Made by a program: the position numbers and the translations under genes
From: Balanoglossus misakiensis
Taxonomy: Eukaryota > Animalia > Hemichordata
Direction of reading: 5' to 3'
DNA length: 64,000 nt
Assembly: GCA_040954595.2 (NCBI GenBank)
Contig: CM082583.2
Location: forward strand, 1,746,925-1,810,924
Notes under the pieces: model-generated
The model's database searches: none
What the model was told of the DNA's origin: nothing
Seen by the model: the letters and a program-made list of their open reading frames with translations, nothing else
Shown: piece by piece, positions 1 to 12,513 of the stretch
Layout of the letters: each line of letters starts with the position of its first letter
Position numbering within the stretch: the stretch's first letter is position 1

Positions 1-295
1 ACATGGAGACAAAATTTCATTAGAAAAAAATCAAAAGGACTGTCATGTACGTGGCTTTGAAGGAGACTCAGTTTTTTCACAGATAAATTTTAATTTGAGT
101 TTAAAGCCAAAATATGACAAAATGCATTTTTCCTGCTGTACAGCTGCAGGAAAGAGACTAAGAATACCTTTATGTAATTTTTTCATTAGAAATTGGCAAA
201 GAATAAGGAATATTTTCATAAATTTCTAACTTTTTCAGCAGTAATTATGTAAAAAAGAGGTTTTTCGGAAATTGGAAAATGTTTTCTATACTGTT

Positions 296-415
296 CTGTC
301 TTCCCTTGACCTCGGAGTGGACACAGCCCTTTCAAAGAAATAACTTATAACCTATGACATGAATATTTAAATAATATCCCATATACACCTGCCTTACGGA
401 CGAGCCACCATCTTT
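296..415. repeat. Left inverted terminal repeat of DIRS family A (pairs with 5114-5233)
   Basis: ctgtcttcccttgacctcggagt...gagccaccatcttt is the near-exact reverse complement of aaagatggttgctc...ctccgaggtcaagggaagacag. Confidence 0.92.
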
Positions 416-737
416 TCCTCTCGACTTCAAGTGAGTAGCACAGTTCCTGAAGCTCCTGGGTTTTTCTGGGAGCGTTGGTGAGTGTTTTAAACACAGGTAG
501 GTGTTTGTATTTCATTTTTAGACCGATATGTTATCCCAATTTTTGCCTTGGACGTTGTATATTTTCCTGTTCAGCTTTTTGATGGATGTATTTTTTTTCC
601 TTTGTCAGTTTTCATACACATGTGTCAACCATTTTGGATTTGTGGAGCACATGTGTGGTGAAATGTTGAGAATTTTTTCTTGCTATTTTTGTCTAATACG
701 TTTTAGTGTAGGCATGCTTCTGTGTTCTTGCAGAACC

Positions 738-2061
738 ATGACTGACTTGCTTGCAGCCGTTGTCGAAGATAGTTCTGCAGACATGAGTGCTAATGACTCT
801 GTGAATGTTACACCAGGCCAGCATAGTGGGACAGCAAATCGTTCTTCTGTTCCGTAGTCCCAGGTCCTTATGGAGATGGTGTCAGGCCTGGCCAAGTCCG
901 TCCAACAGTTGACTGAAAATCAGAAGAAATGGTTAGGTCCTGCCAGAGATGGTCGCCGTACCAGTGAAATGGACCTGGAAGCGAACGCAGCGGATGGCAT
1001 TCCCCTTGCTTGCATTGGGGTAGCAGGTCCTTCGGGTGCACACGAGGTGCTTCCTTCATTGAGTGACTGTACCTGTCGCCAAGGCCCAGTTTCTGTGGCC
1101 CCTGAGTCTCTTCGAGACGTTCGTGCACAGGATAAACACGCTGGTCGTGTTAATTTCCTACTGGATGTGGATTCAGACGACTCTTCGGATGTCGAGTCAC
1201 CACCTCATCGCCGTTCATCGTTTCGGAAAGAGAAATCCAGAAGAAAGAAAGGTAAGAAGAAAGACAATAAGTCTAAGGCTTCACTAGTTTCATCAGGCGA
1301 TTCTTCTTCTACTGGAAGTTCAGATTGTGAGTTTGATAACCCACATGACAGAAATACTGGTGTGGAGTTTTCCAAGTCGGTCCGGTCTTGGTTTATACAG
1401 CAACGTACAAATGCTCTAAGTGCAGATGACAAAAAGGAAATGAAGGAACGTTATGAAGTGTCTTCAAAACATGAGAAATTATTCTTATCTCCTGCTCTGC
1501 CTGAAAATCTGGCTACTCATTGGGAGAAGCAACCAGTTACTAAACCTATGATGCAGCAGGACCATAGAATTCGGAAAGCTGCTGATAATTTATTGTTTCC
1601 GTTGTTGGAAATTTTGCAGACGGCTCATGATGGTGTCAATTGATCCACAAATTCTTCTAACTACCATTCAACTTAGTATTACTCTGTTCGGTAGTGCTTT
1701 TCGTGGTCTACAGATAGCAAGACAGAAGGCCTTTGAATCTGTGCTTCCAAATATGTATGCTTCTTTGAAGAAATTGGAACCATCCATGGCTACATTATTT
1801 GGAGATGAGCCACTGAAGGAGGCAAAGAAGGCAAAGCAGGCCCATAACGTTGTGGTTGATATGACCTCTAGGGGTCAAGGGTCAACTGGAAGTGCAGCAG
1901 GCCAGTTCCGCAAACGCCCCATGTCTACCTACAAGTCCAGGTATGGCCAAAGTGGATATGGTAAGCGGTCTCAATACTCCAAGTTTATACAGTATGGTTC
2001 TTCACCCAAGTTTGCGAGAACTGATGGCGCTGGTCAGTCCTTTCGTGGCAAAAAACAGTGA
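738..2061 (+). pseudogene. DIRS gag-like ORF1, broken by a stop and a frameshift
   Basis: Fragments 738-857, 870-1643 and 1627-2061. Ser/Lys-rich N-part, the LFGD motif typical of DIRS gag C-termini, and an R/G-rich tail. Confidence 0.75.
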
Positions 2062-4106
2062 TGTTTTCCCTCATCAAGAGCAGTTACTTACTCATCCCCA
2101 GGTAGGGGGTCGTCTAGCTTTATTTCTTCACCAGAGTGGCGGCAGCTAACTTCAGACCCATGGATACTAGAAACAGTGCAAGGTTACAAGCTGGAACTCG
2201 TGTCAACACCAGTGCAGTCGCATCTACCAGTTACGGCTGTTCAGTCATGCCATGTAGATTTGATCGACACAGAAATACAGTCTTTGTTACAAAAGGCGGC
2301 AATACATCCAGTGGTACCAGTTCAAGGTCAGTTTGTGTCAACAATATTTCTAGTACCCAAAGTGTCAGGAGGTTGGCGCCCGGTTTTCAACCTGAAATCA
2401 CTCAATCGGCACATTGCTTATTAGCACTTCAAGATGGAGGGCCTTCAGCATGTCAAGGCGCAACTTCGTCCAGGCGACTTCATGGCCACAGTAGACCTGA
2501 AGGATGCATATTTCACTATCCCAATTTTTGTAGATCACAGAAAGTTTCTTCGGTTTATTTGGAAGGAGACGATGTTCGAATTTGCAGTTCTGCCGTTCGG
2601 CATTGCCAGTGCTCCTCGAGTTTTTACGAAAATGTTGAAGCCAGTCGTCGCTCAGTTTCGTCGCCAAGGTATTTGATGTGTAATTTATATAGACAACCTC
2701 CTGATCCTGGGGGAATCCAGGAAGTTTGGCCAAGCGAATGTAGAGACAGCTGTGCAACTTCTGCAGAGTGTAGGTTTCCTCGTAAATTGGGAAAAATCCA
2801 AACTTCAACCAAAACAGCAAGTTCAGTTTTTGGGTATGATGATCAACTCCATAGACATGACGATCAGTTTCCCACAGGAAAAGGTACAGAAACTCCAATC
2901 AGAATGTTGCTGGGAAAAGAAGTGGTCACTGTGCGTTGCCTAGCAAAGGTGTTGGGGCGAATGACAGCAGCTCTGGAGGCGAAAACAGTGGCGCCACTTC
3001 ATTACCGGGCTCTTCAGAAAGATCAGCTGAAGGTGTTCGCTCTGACAGGGTGCTTCGATTCCCCATTGAGTCTCTCTCGAGCAGCAAAGACAGAGTTGAG
3101 ATGGTGGGTAGAATGTCTTCATGCGTGGAATGGCAAGTCCCTACTACCACATACACCGCAACTGATAGTTCAGACAGATTCGTCCATCAGAGGATGGGGA
3201 GCAGTATGCGGGCACAACTCGGCACAGGGACAGTGGAACCAGAGTCTCCACATAAATCAGCTGGAGATGCTGGCAGTTTGCAGAGGATTGGAGCGTCCGG
3301 CAAGTCATCTGCAGGACATCTGTGTCGAAGTCCAGTGAGACAATACATCAGTAGTGTCTTACATCAACCGTCAGGGAGGCACTCGGTCTTGGCCTCTGAG
3401 CGAGTTGGCGGCCAGACTATGGTTGTGGTGCCTGAAGCGCAACATTATACTATCAGCAGTGCATCTGCCGGGGAGAATCAATTAAGAGGCGGATTACCTT
3501 TCGCGAAAATTCAACGACAATCTGGAATGGCAGCTCAACCCAGTTGTGCTCCAGAAAGCCCTCCGGATGTTACAGTGGATACCGCAAGTGGACCTGTTTG
3601 CGACACATCTGAATGCACAGCTTCCTCGTTACGTCTCTTGGAAACCAGATCCACAAGAGTGGCGAATAGACGCATTTTCCATTCAGTGGAACAAGCTGGT
3701 AGGCTATGTGTTTCCTCCGTTTTGTCTTCTTCCAAGAATTCTGCACAAAGTTCATCAGGACAAGGCACGCATAGTTCTGGTGGCCCCAGTGTGGACGACT
3801 CAACCCTGGTATCCGGATTTGCTTTCACTTCTGATACAAAATCCGTTATTGCTCCCACAAGTCCCAGACCTGTTAGTCGATCTGTTGACAGGGCAGAATC
3901 ATCCACTCGCAAACCAAATGTTGCTAGCCGTGTGGCCGCTCTCAGGTGTACTCTCCGAGCAAGAGGCATATCTGAAAGGGTGTCTAAAATTATCCTCCAA
4001 AGCATCAGACGAGGCACTGCAAAACAGTATGAGTCAGCCTGGCGTCGCTGGAATCGTTGGTGTCAAAAACAAAAGGAAGATCCTATTTCAGCGCCTATCC
4101 CTATAG
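2062..4106 (+). pseudogene. DIRS pol (RT - RNase H - methyltransferase-like), multiple stops and frameshifts
   Basis: Motifs GGRL, GWRPVFNLK, DLKDAYF, LPFGIASAPRVFTK, YIDN (degenerate YxDD), QTDSSIRGWGA, HINQLE, DLFA...YVFPPF. In-frame stops at ~2422, 2674 and 3336. Confidence 0.92.
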
Positions 4107-4884
4107 TGTTGGAATTTCTTGCAGACCAACTTGATAGACAACTTCAGTATCACACCATTAATGTATATCGTTCAGCTATCTCTTCAGTGCACTTGCCAGT
4201 TGATGGATATCGTTTGGGAAATCATCCACTTGTTACACAGTTTATGAGGGGAGTTTATGTATCCAGACCACCCAGGTATGGGATGTTCAGCAAGTTTTGA
4301 CTTTTCTTCAGTCTTGGTCGCCATCCAAGGATTTGTCGCTGAAGTGTTTAACATTAAAAACTGTTATGTTAGTTGCGTTATGTACAGCAGGACGGTGTTC
4401 TGATTTGGCAAATCTCCAGTTGGAGTCTATTTCGTTATCCAAGGGATCAGCTGTTTTGCTTCCGGCTAGTTTGTCGAAGACAGACAGACCAGCCAAGAAA
4501 AGAATAATTGTTGTTTTAACAGCCTTCAAGAAGGATCGAAGGTTATGTGTAGTCTATTATTTGGCTTCTTATTTGCGTCGGGTGCAGTCTTTACGCAAGC
4601 ACAAGAAGACCCTTTTCGTTAGTTTTGCGTCAGGAAAACCTGTTTTGCCAAGTACCATAGCAAGATGGATTAAATTGGTGCTTCAGAAGAGTGGTATAGA
4701 CAAGGTCTTCTCAGCACATGCAACTAGAGCAGCAGTTACTTCAGCCCTTCATTTCAGAGGAGCCTCGTTACAGCAAATTATGGGTTTGGCGAATTGGTCC
4801 TCTTCTAGAACCTTTGCTAAACATTACCAGTGTGAGGTATCATCATTGACTTCTCCAGTGTTGGACACCTTGGTAACCAAATAG
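3930..4884 (+). pseudogene. DIRS tyrosine recombinase, frameshifted near 4280-4300
   Basis: TAKQYESAWRRW, YRSAISSVH, HPLVTQFMRG, TAGRCSDL, HATRAA, ANWSSSRTFAKHY. The frame overlaps the 3' end of pol, as in DIRS. Confidence 0.9.
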
Positions 4885-4936
4885 GTGAGTTGACTACCTG
4901 TTGTTCTCAGGTGCTTTGTCTTTAAAATCAGCTATG

Positions 4937-5055
4937 GAAATGAGGGAAGTGACTGAAGGATGTGAGAATAAATAAAAATTATACCACATCTTACTGTTAC
5001 AGGATAATTGTGGTTATTCTCTCATCCTGGAGGAACGAACCGAATTGAAGTAGCT
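4937..5055. repeat. DIRS internal complementary region (ICR)
   Basis: 4971-5055 is reverse-complementary to 5232-5316. The 5' part (gaaatgagggaagtgactgaagg) has no partner in the window, consistent with loss of the outer left end. Confidence 0.85.
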
Positions 5056-5319
5056 CCCACCTCCCACCCAAAAATTATGTTTTCTGTTTGTCTTTTCTTA
5101 GTTTCATGCTTTTAAAGATGGTTGCTCGTCCGTAAGGCAGGTGTATATGGGATATTATTTAAATATTCATGTCATAGGTCATAGGTTATTTCTTTGAAAG
5201 GGCTGTGTCTACTCCGAGGTCAAGGGAAGACAGCTACTTCAATTTGGTTCGTTCATTCAGGATGAGAGAATAACCACAATTATCCTGTAACAGTAAGGTG
5301 TGGTATAATTTTTATTTTC

Positions 5320-5870
5320 AATGTCTTTGGTTAATGTCAGAAGAAGCTTTCCTCTGACTGCTGTTGCCACTACTGTTCCCGGCGGTATGGTGACGTTGTC
5401 ATCGGTCAGGTTTACTAAACAGATGATTGGGGGCTGCCCCTTTTTACAGAATGTCCGGGGCATAATGACGTCACCTAGTTTCACTGGTTCCACTATGTAG
5501 TCGGGCATGTCCATGTCGATTGTCCCTGTCACCCTGGTCACGGAGTTCGGAGACAGGATAGTGCATGGAGCGACTGATATGTAAGCCACGTGCCACAGTG
5601 GTCTGGTCCCCTTGCAGCAACGGGACATGCTGTTCTCCCACCTGGAGGAAGTTTTCTCGCATGTGGAGGATGACCTGCTTGGATCGAAGTTGGTCTACTC
5701 CCAGCAGCATGGTGTCTCCTATTGGGCCAACATATATATTTTCTCGAAAGGCAGTGCTCTCTAACTTCAGGTTCACTGGTCCAATTTTGAATCCTCTCAT
5801 GGACGAGTCTCTTCCTGCTAGGTGTACTTTGACAACAAGCTTTTTCACTCCACAAGTGGCTGTGTGATGT
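5320..5870 (-). mobile_element. Gypsy-type LTR retrotransposon relic (retropepsin C-terminal half and post-protease linker)
   Basis: IYVGPIGDTMLLGVDQL resembles the retropepsin LLGxD motif. It is followed by the typical IICLVNLTDDNVTIPPGTVVA linker. Frameshifted. Confidence 0.65.
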
Positions 5871-7022
5871 TTTCCGGGGGTCTTCGTATTTTTTGCCCGT
5901 CAAAGGGGGGGGGGGGGTCATCATTTGTTGGTCCTGGGTGAAAGGGGGTTCTGCTTGATTTTGAAAACCGATGACACAAACTTGCCGACCCCCCCCCCCC
6001 CCACTTCCAACCGTAAAAACTGAACCGCCCCTAAAGAAATAAAAAATGCCATAACCAGTGAATGGTCATCCGCAATATTTGGTTTTTAATGTTTACTCGA
6101 CCCTTTAGTCGACAGCCCATGTGGATATACCAGTCCGGTAACCGTTGACATCAATCAGATTAAAATCAGATGTAGAATGTGGCGCCGTCTTTACCTTTGC
6201 TTATTCTTGGCTATTCCTGAAAAGGACGAGAGTGGCCCGTTGCCGTTTTATAAGAGGACACCCCTAGCGCAAAGACAAATCCTGAGGTATCGAGAATTAA
6301 AATACAAACGTTTTCTTGTGACGTGGGTACCGCCGTACAATGTAAGGACAACACTCTTGTTGCCCTTTCTTCTATAAAAGTGAATTTTCATACATGTTGC
6401 TTGATAAGTCTCCCCAAGCGTCGAAAAATCAATGTACTGGACTTTGCAGTTTTGGGAGCCATATTGCCAAGTTCACAAAGTAGCCGGAAAGGTTATGACA
6501 AAGCCTGAGAATGACGCATGCGCACTTGGCAGCCTTGTCGCCTGTAGTGAGACAAACGCTAAACAGAACATGCAGGTCAAATTCATGATTCTATTAATTA
6601 AGATAAGCTGTCGCTTGAAATTCGGAAGAGCGATAAATGACGACTGGACTGGCTTTGAGGTACACGCCCACGCGGCAGTTTTGCTTGAAAATTATTAAAA
6701 CGTTTTGGGCGATGTGGGATTCTAGACGGCAACAGACGTCGACTTCACCATCGAAAGAGTGATTTTACGTGTTGTGGGTATGGGCATGGCGCTGGCCCTT
6801 TAAATACACACAATAAAGAGTAAGCAATTGGGTTGATCACAATGCATCTCAACTAAGTAAACAGCGCAAAAGTATTAATTTGTATAACTACGGGCGGCCA
6901 TGCACATTTTAATGAACTCATTGTTGAATCATGAACAGTACTAGATCGAGAATGGATTTGTCTTTCTATTACATCATCACCGTCATGTCATTGCCTTGGT
7001 GCTGGCTATATCATGTTTACAT

Positions 7023-7333
7023 TTATCCTCTAATTTGAAGACTTAAGCAGTATGTATCTGGAAAGACGAAAAATAAAAACAATATGGACTCAGTGAAAAC
7101 TCAAAAATTAAAAATCATGCAAATTCCCCTTGTTATTATGTGGTCTCTAGTGTAAGCAAAATGTCGATCCGTTAGCCTCCATGTAACAATAAAGTCACAA
7201 CATGAGTTCCAACTTTGTGTATTTTTAATTTGATGACTATATTCACCGCGCACCTGGAATTCCACAGACGAAGCCCTTTGGTTTGACGTCGCAGTATTTG
7301 TCATCCCATAAACCCATGTGCCCATTTCTATAC
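7023..7333 (-). CDS. Last two exons (7333-7254, 7057-7023) of a C-type lectin-domain gene or pseudogene
   Basis: GHMGLWDDKYCDVKPKGFVCGIP matches the CTLD C-terminal W-x-D-x-x-C...F-V-C pattern. Canonical ag/gt sites, and the phase-1 join gives DTYCLSLQIRG*. Upstream exons were not found. Confidence 0.6.
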
Positions 7334-7789
7334 CTGTAAGATATCAACGGTTGCACTGCGATTGGTACCTGCGTGTTTGGGGACATCGGTTTTATTAATA
7401 CTGTAAGCATGTGATCTTGATTTAGAAAACCGAAAAAGATACCGTATAACTGATGCATATAACAAAAATACATAACGTTACGGGTGGTAATGAACCTGTC
7501 ACGGCCCTGATTCACCATCTTCGCTTGAATCCACAAGTACTGTCTTTCCATTAACGACATAATTGCTATCATTGCTAAAACTCGTACAAATAGTTCACAA
7601 ATCATGAAATTTATATTTTTAGACTACACGTACACAGGAAACCCCTTACAGCCCTGTACTATTATCATGTCTGTCACATGGATTTACATAGTCGTGTACC
7701 AGCTATGTTGGCACACAGACTCTGTACCAGCTATGTAAAAAGAAATGATGTTACATATGAATAAGATGTGTGAGAAAAAGTCCTGTGTC

Positions 7790-7955
7790 ATACCCTTTTT
7801 CACACAGCCCTGTACCAGGGGTGTACGTACACACGCTGGACCAGTCGTATTTCACACAGCCCTGTAACAGGTGTGCACGTACACACGGCTGGACCAGTCG
7901 TATTTCACACAGCCCTGTAAAAGGGGTGTACACACGGCTGGACCAGTCATACACA
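7790..7955. repeat. Short ~53 bp tandem repeat (about 3 copies)
   Basis: cacacagccctgtaccagg...acacacggctggaccagtcgtattt recurs. Confidence 0.8.
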
Positions 7956-8157
7956 TGCTGTACTGGGGAGTCTCATGATATTTCGTTTCTTTTAGACAGT
8001 TAGTTGTACTTTTATTGGGCTCAAAGGTTACGCCTCAGCTCATACGAACTCAGAGTGCTTGATGTCAAAGGTCAAATCCCCTATCCAAATCCTCCATGTA
8101 TTTTTCATTTGACGTATGCTTTAGCTGGAGCAGTCAAACCCGGGACTCAAACTAATT

Positions 8158-9195
8158 ACGGGCCCAAGCCAAGCCAGGCTTGGGCCCGTATTGGTTTCGT
8201 TGGGTTTTTTACGGGCCCAAGCCAAGCCAGGCTTGGGCCCGTATTGGTTTCGTTGGGGTTTATAGGGCCCAAGCGCACGCAAGCGCTTGGGCCCTATTGG
8301 TTTCGTTGTTTTTTTTTACAGGCCCAAGCCAAGCCAGGCTTGGGCCCGTATTGGTTTCGTTGGGGTTTTTCAGTCTTTCTTTCTTTAGGGCCCAAGCCCA
8401 TACCAGCGCTTGGGCCCTATTGGTTTCGTTGGGGTTTTTCTGTCTTTAGGGCCCAATCGCACACAAGCGCTTGGGCCCTATTGGTTTCGTTGGGGTTTTT
8501 TTAGGGCCCAAGCGCATACCAGCGCTTGAGCCCTATTGGTTTCGTTGGTTTTTTTTAGGGCCCAAGTGCATACCAGCGCTTGGGCCCTATTGGTTTCGTT
8601 GGGGTTTTTCTGTCTTTCTTTAGGGCCCAAGCGCACGCAAGCGCTTGGGCCCTATTGGTTTCGTTGGAATTTTTAAGGCCCAAGCGCACGCAAGCGCTTG
8701 GGCCCTATTGGTTTCGTTTTAATTTTTTAGGGCCCAAGCGCACACCAGCGCTTGGGCCCTATTGGTTTCGTTGGGGTTTTTCAGTCTTTCTTTCCTTTTT
8801 AGGGCCCAAGCGCACGCAAGCGCTTGGGCCCTATTGGTTTCGTTGGAATTTTTAGGGCCCAAGCGCAAGCAAGCGCTTGGGCCCTATTGGTTTCGTTGGA
8901 ATTTTTACGGGCCCAAGCCAAGCCAGGCTTGGGCCCGTATTGGTTTCGTTGGGTTTTTTTACAGGCCCAAGCCAAGCCAGGCTTGGGCCCGTATTGGTTT
9001 CGTTGGAATTTTTACGGGCCCAAGCCAAGCCAGGCTTGGGCCCGTATTGGTTTCGTTGGAATTTTTACGGGCCCAAGCGCAAGCAAGCGCTTGGGCCCTA
9101 TTGGTTTCGTTGGAATTTTTCTTTCTTTCTTTCTTTCTTTAGGGCCCAAGCGGGCAGCAGCGCTTGGGCCCTATTGGTTTCGTTGGAATTTTTCT
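8158..9195 (+). repeat. Array of ~18 hairpin units (5' ends of non-autonomous Helentron/HINE elements)
   Basis: Unit GGGCCCAAGC-loop-GCTTGGGCCC(G)TATTGGTTTCGTTGG followed by a T-rich tract, ~52-73 bp long. The same GCTTGGGCCC subterminal repeat closes the downstream bodies. Confidence 0.85.
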
Positions 9196-10610
9196 TTCTT
9201 TCCGTCTTTATTCTCCTGTCAATTCTTCGGCCAACGAGATCTCTGAAACTACTGCAGGTACACTGCTCAAACTGGCTACAGTGGTCAAGGTCAATGAGTA
9301 GATGTGCAGTGACTTGTGAATACTTAATTAGTCACGTGACCTGGCAGCCATCTTGGATTTTCTGAAAAAATGCAAATCTCAGATCTCAGAAACTACAAGT
9401 CAGATCGACTTCAAATTTGGCATGCAGGTAGACTACCTTCTGCCCATCATTTTTGTCATTGGAAATTATGCTGTAAAAGTTGCAGTTTTTTTGCTACAAT
9501 TTTTTTCCTGAAATCTGGCTTAAATTTCAAAAATCTTCTTCTCCAGAACCAGTGATAACCGAGTCACGGGGTTTGGGGTATGTGGTCACCTAACTGATGT
9601 CTATCAAGTTTGCGAAGATCATTGTGATTGGTCGAAGATTATGGCGGCCATATTGGATTTTCGAAAAACCATAGTTAAACTCCAAAAATCTTCTTCTCAA
9701 GAACGGGCGATGACTGAGTCGCAAGATTCGGGGAGTATGGTCACTATACTGATGTCTATCAAGTTTGCAAAGAGCATTGTGATTGGTTGAAGATTATGGC
9801 GGCCATATTGGATTTTGTAAAAAGCAGTGAAAAATTGAAATTCCTTTTTCTAGTCTAAAAATTGATAGCATACAAATTTTTTTTATGGATATCAATCGTC
9901 AGGTGACTAAAATATGTTACAATTTTTTGGCGATTTTTCACATGACCTTTGACCTACTTATCACGCGTTATTATTTCTGCATATCTAATTCCAGGCTAAC
10001 CTATAGGGCTAGACGTTTGGTTTTTGATTCACGTGGATAAGTGTGTGAGCAAAATATTTTGCTACTTTTCATGACCCCTTTGACCTCTGCTGACCTCATT
10101 AATTATGTGCATAGCTAATTACAGGCGAACCAATAGAGCTAGAGGTTTGGTTTTGTTGGACATGGACTAGTATGGGATCAAAATTTTGTGCCCAAATTTT
10201 GGGTGACCTCTGGTGACCTTTGACCTACTTTCGCATATCTCAGCATCCAGAGCAGATACAGCCATGGCATTTTGCAGGATGGGACCAAAACGTAAAGCCA
10301 CATTTTTGGGTCACCTGTGACACCTGCTGACCTCATTAAATATGCACATACCTAATTACAGGCGAACCAATAGAGCTAGAGTTTTGGTTGGACATAGACC
10401 AGTATGGGTTAAAAAAAATTTCCCAAAATTTGGGTAACCTCAGGTGACCTTTGACCTACTTTACTATATTTCAGCAGCAAACAAACATTCGTCCTTGTAA
10501 TGTCATGAGATAAAACACCCGATAGAGCATTCTGCTTCTTCTCATTCATACTGTGCATATATAATTCCGGATCAGCGCTTGGGCCCGACAATGCTGCTTG
10601 CAGCTTTAAT
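9196..10610 (+). mobile_element. HINE/DINE-1-like non-autonomous Helentron, body 1
   Basis: T/C microsatellite, core with internal repeats, and 3' end gcgcttgggcccgacaatgctgcttgcagctttaatt (subTIR, gctgc-tt-gcagc hairpin, T-rich end). Confidence 0.75.
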
Positions 10611-10642
<32 letters not shown>

Positions 10643-12513
10643 TATTCTTGTGTCAATTCTTCGGCCAACTAAATCTCAGAAACTACTGCAGGTACACTGC
10701 TCAAACTTGCTACAGTGGTCAAGGTCAATGAGTAGATGTGCAGTGACTTGTGAATAATTAATTAGTCACGTGACCTGGCGGCCATATTGGATTTTCTGAA
10801 AAAAAAAAAAATCTCAGATCTCAGAAACTACAAGTCTGATCGACTTCAAATTTGGCATGCAGGTAGACTACCTTCTACCCATCATTTTTGTAATTGGAAA
10901 TTTTGCTGTCAATGTTGCAGTTTTTTTGCTACAATTTTTTTTCTGAAATCTGGCTTAAATTTCAAAAATCTTCTTCTCCAGAACCGGTGATAACCGAGAC
11001 ACAGGGTTTGGTGTATGTGGTCACCTAACTGATGTCTATCAAGTTTGCGAAGATCATTGTGATTGGTCGAAGATTTTGGCGGCCATATTGGATTTTCGAA
11101 AAACCCTAGTAAAATTTCAAAAATCTTCTTCTCAAGAACCGGCGATAACCGAGTCACAAGATTTGGTGTGTGTGGTCATTAAACAGATGTCTATCAAGTT
11201 TGCTAAGAAGAATGTGATTGGTCGAAGATTATGGCGGCCATATTGGATTTTGTGAAAAACGATTAAAAAGTAAAAACTCCCTTTCTAGCCTAAAAATTGT
11301 TAGCACAGAAATTCTTTTTATGGATATGAATCATCATATGACAAGAATAAGCTATAAATATTTTGGTAATTTTGGCAAAGACCTTTGACCTACCTTTGAC
11401 GCATCATTTTTCTGCATATCTAATTCCAGGCTAACCAATAGGGCTATAAGTTTGGTGTTTGATGTATGTGGATTTGTATGTGATCAAAAAATTTTGCTAC
11501 TTTTCATGACCTCTGCTGACCTCATTAAATATGCACATATCTAATTACAGATGAACCAATAGACCTAGAGGTTTTGTTTTTGTTATACATGGACCAGTAT
11601 GGGGTCAAAATATTTTGCCCAAATGTTGGGTGACCTCGGGTGACCTTTGACCTACTTTTGCATATCTCGACATCCACAGCAGATACAGCCTTGGCGTTTG
11701 GAGGTACATGTATGGGGCCATACGGAAAAGACAAAGTTTTGGGTGACCTGTGACACCTGCTTGACTCATTATTTATGTGCATACCTAATTCTGGGCTAAC
11801 CAAAAGGGCTAGAGGTTTTGTTTTTGTTATACATGGACCAGTATGGGGTCAAAATATTTTGCCCAAATGTTGGGTGACCTCGGGTGACCTTTGACCTACT
11901 TTTGCATAACTTGACATCCACCGCAGATACAGCCTTGGCGTTTGGAGGTATGGGGCCATAATGAAAAGCCAAAGTTTTGGCTTACCTGTGACACCTGCTT
12001 AACTCATTATTTATGTGCATACCTAATTCTGGGCTAACCAAAAGGGCTAGAGGTCTGGTTTTTGTTGGACATGGACCACTATGGGTCAAAATTTTCTGCC
12101 CAAATTTTGGGTGACCTCAGATGACCTTTGACCTATTTTTGCATATCTCGACATCCACAGCAGATACAGCCTTGGCGTTTGGAGGCATGGGGCCATAATG
12201 AAAAGCCAAAGTTTTGGGTCACCTATGACACCTGCTTAAATCATTATTTATGTGCATACCTAATTCCGGGCTAACCAAAAGGGCTAGAGGTCTGGTTTTT
12301 GTTGGACATGCACCACTATGGGTCAAAATTTTCTGCCCAAAATTTGGGTGACCTCAGATGACCTTTGACCTACTTAACACAATATCAGCACCAAACATAG
12401 ATATAACCTTGATATGTCATGGGATAAAACACAGCATTATGTTTCTACTCATTAATTATGTGCAGATCAGATAATAGAGCTTGGGCCCGGACAATGCTGC
12501 TTGCAGCTTTAAT
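10611..12513 (+). mobile_element. HINE-like body 2 (no head), with a ~240 bp internal tandem expansion
   Basis: Starts with (tttc)n and is similar to body 1. Same 3' terminus at 12477-12513. The gggtgacct...gacctttgaccta block repeats across 11500-12370. Confidence 0.75.

Larger units (their letters stand above)
296..5316 (+). mobile_element. DIRS1-like tyrosine-recombinase retrotransposon (family A), degenerate, outer left end missing
   Basis: gag-like, RT/RNase H/methyltransferase-like and YR reading frames in DIRS order. Inverted terminal repeats at 296-415 and 5114-5233. Internal complementary region (~4971-5055) is complementary to the right end (5232-5316). Confidence 0.93.

Noticed and set aside
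2136-4300. 400 aa and 454 aa ORFs as separate novel genes
   Set aside because: They are frame mosaics of the overlapping DIRS pol and YR regions created by frameshifts.
8158-9195. CRISPR-like array of palindromic repeats
   Set aside because: The intervening sequences are T-rich low-complexity tracts rather than unique spacers. There are no cas genes, the context is eukaryotic, and the repeat matches the subterminal repeats of the adjacent elements.
8004-9365. ORFs with repeated LGPYWFRW/AWALLVSL peptides
   Set aside because: They are translations of the tandem hairpin array, open in several frames.
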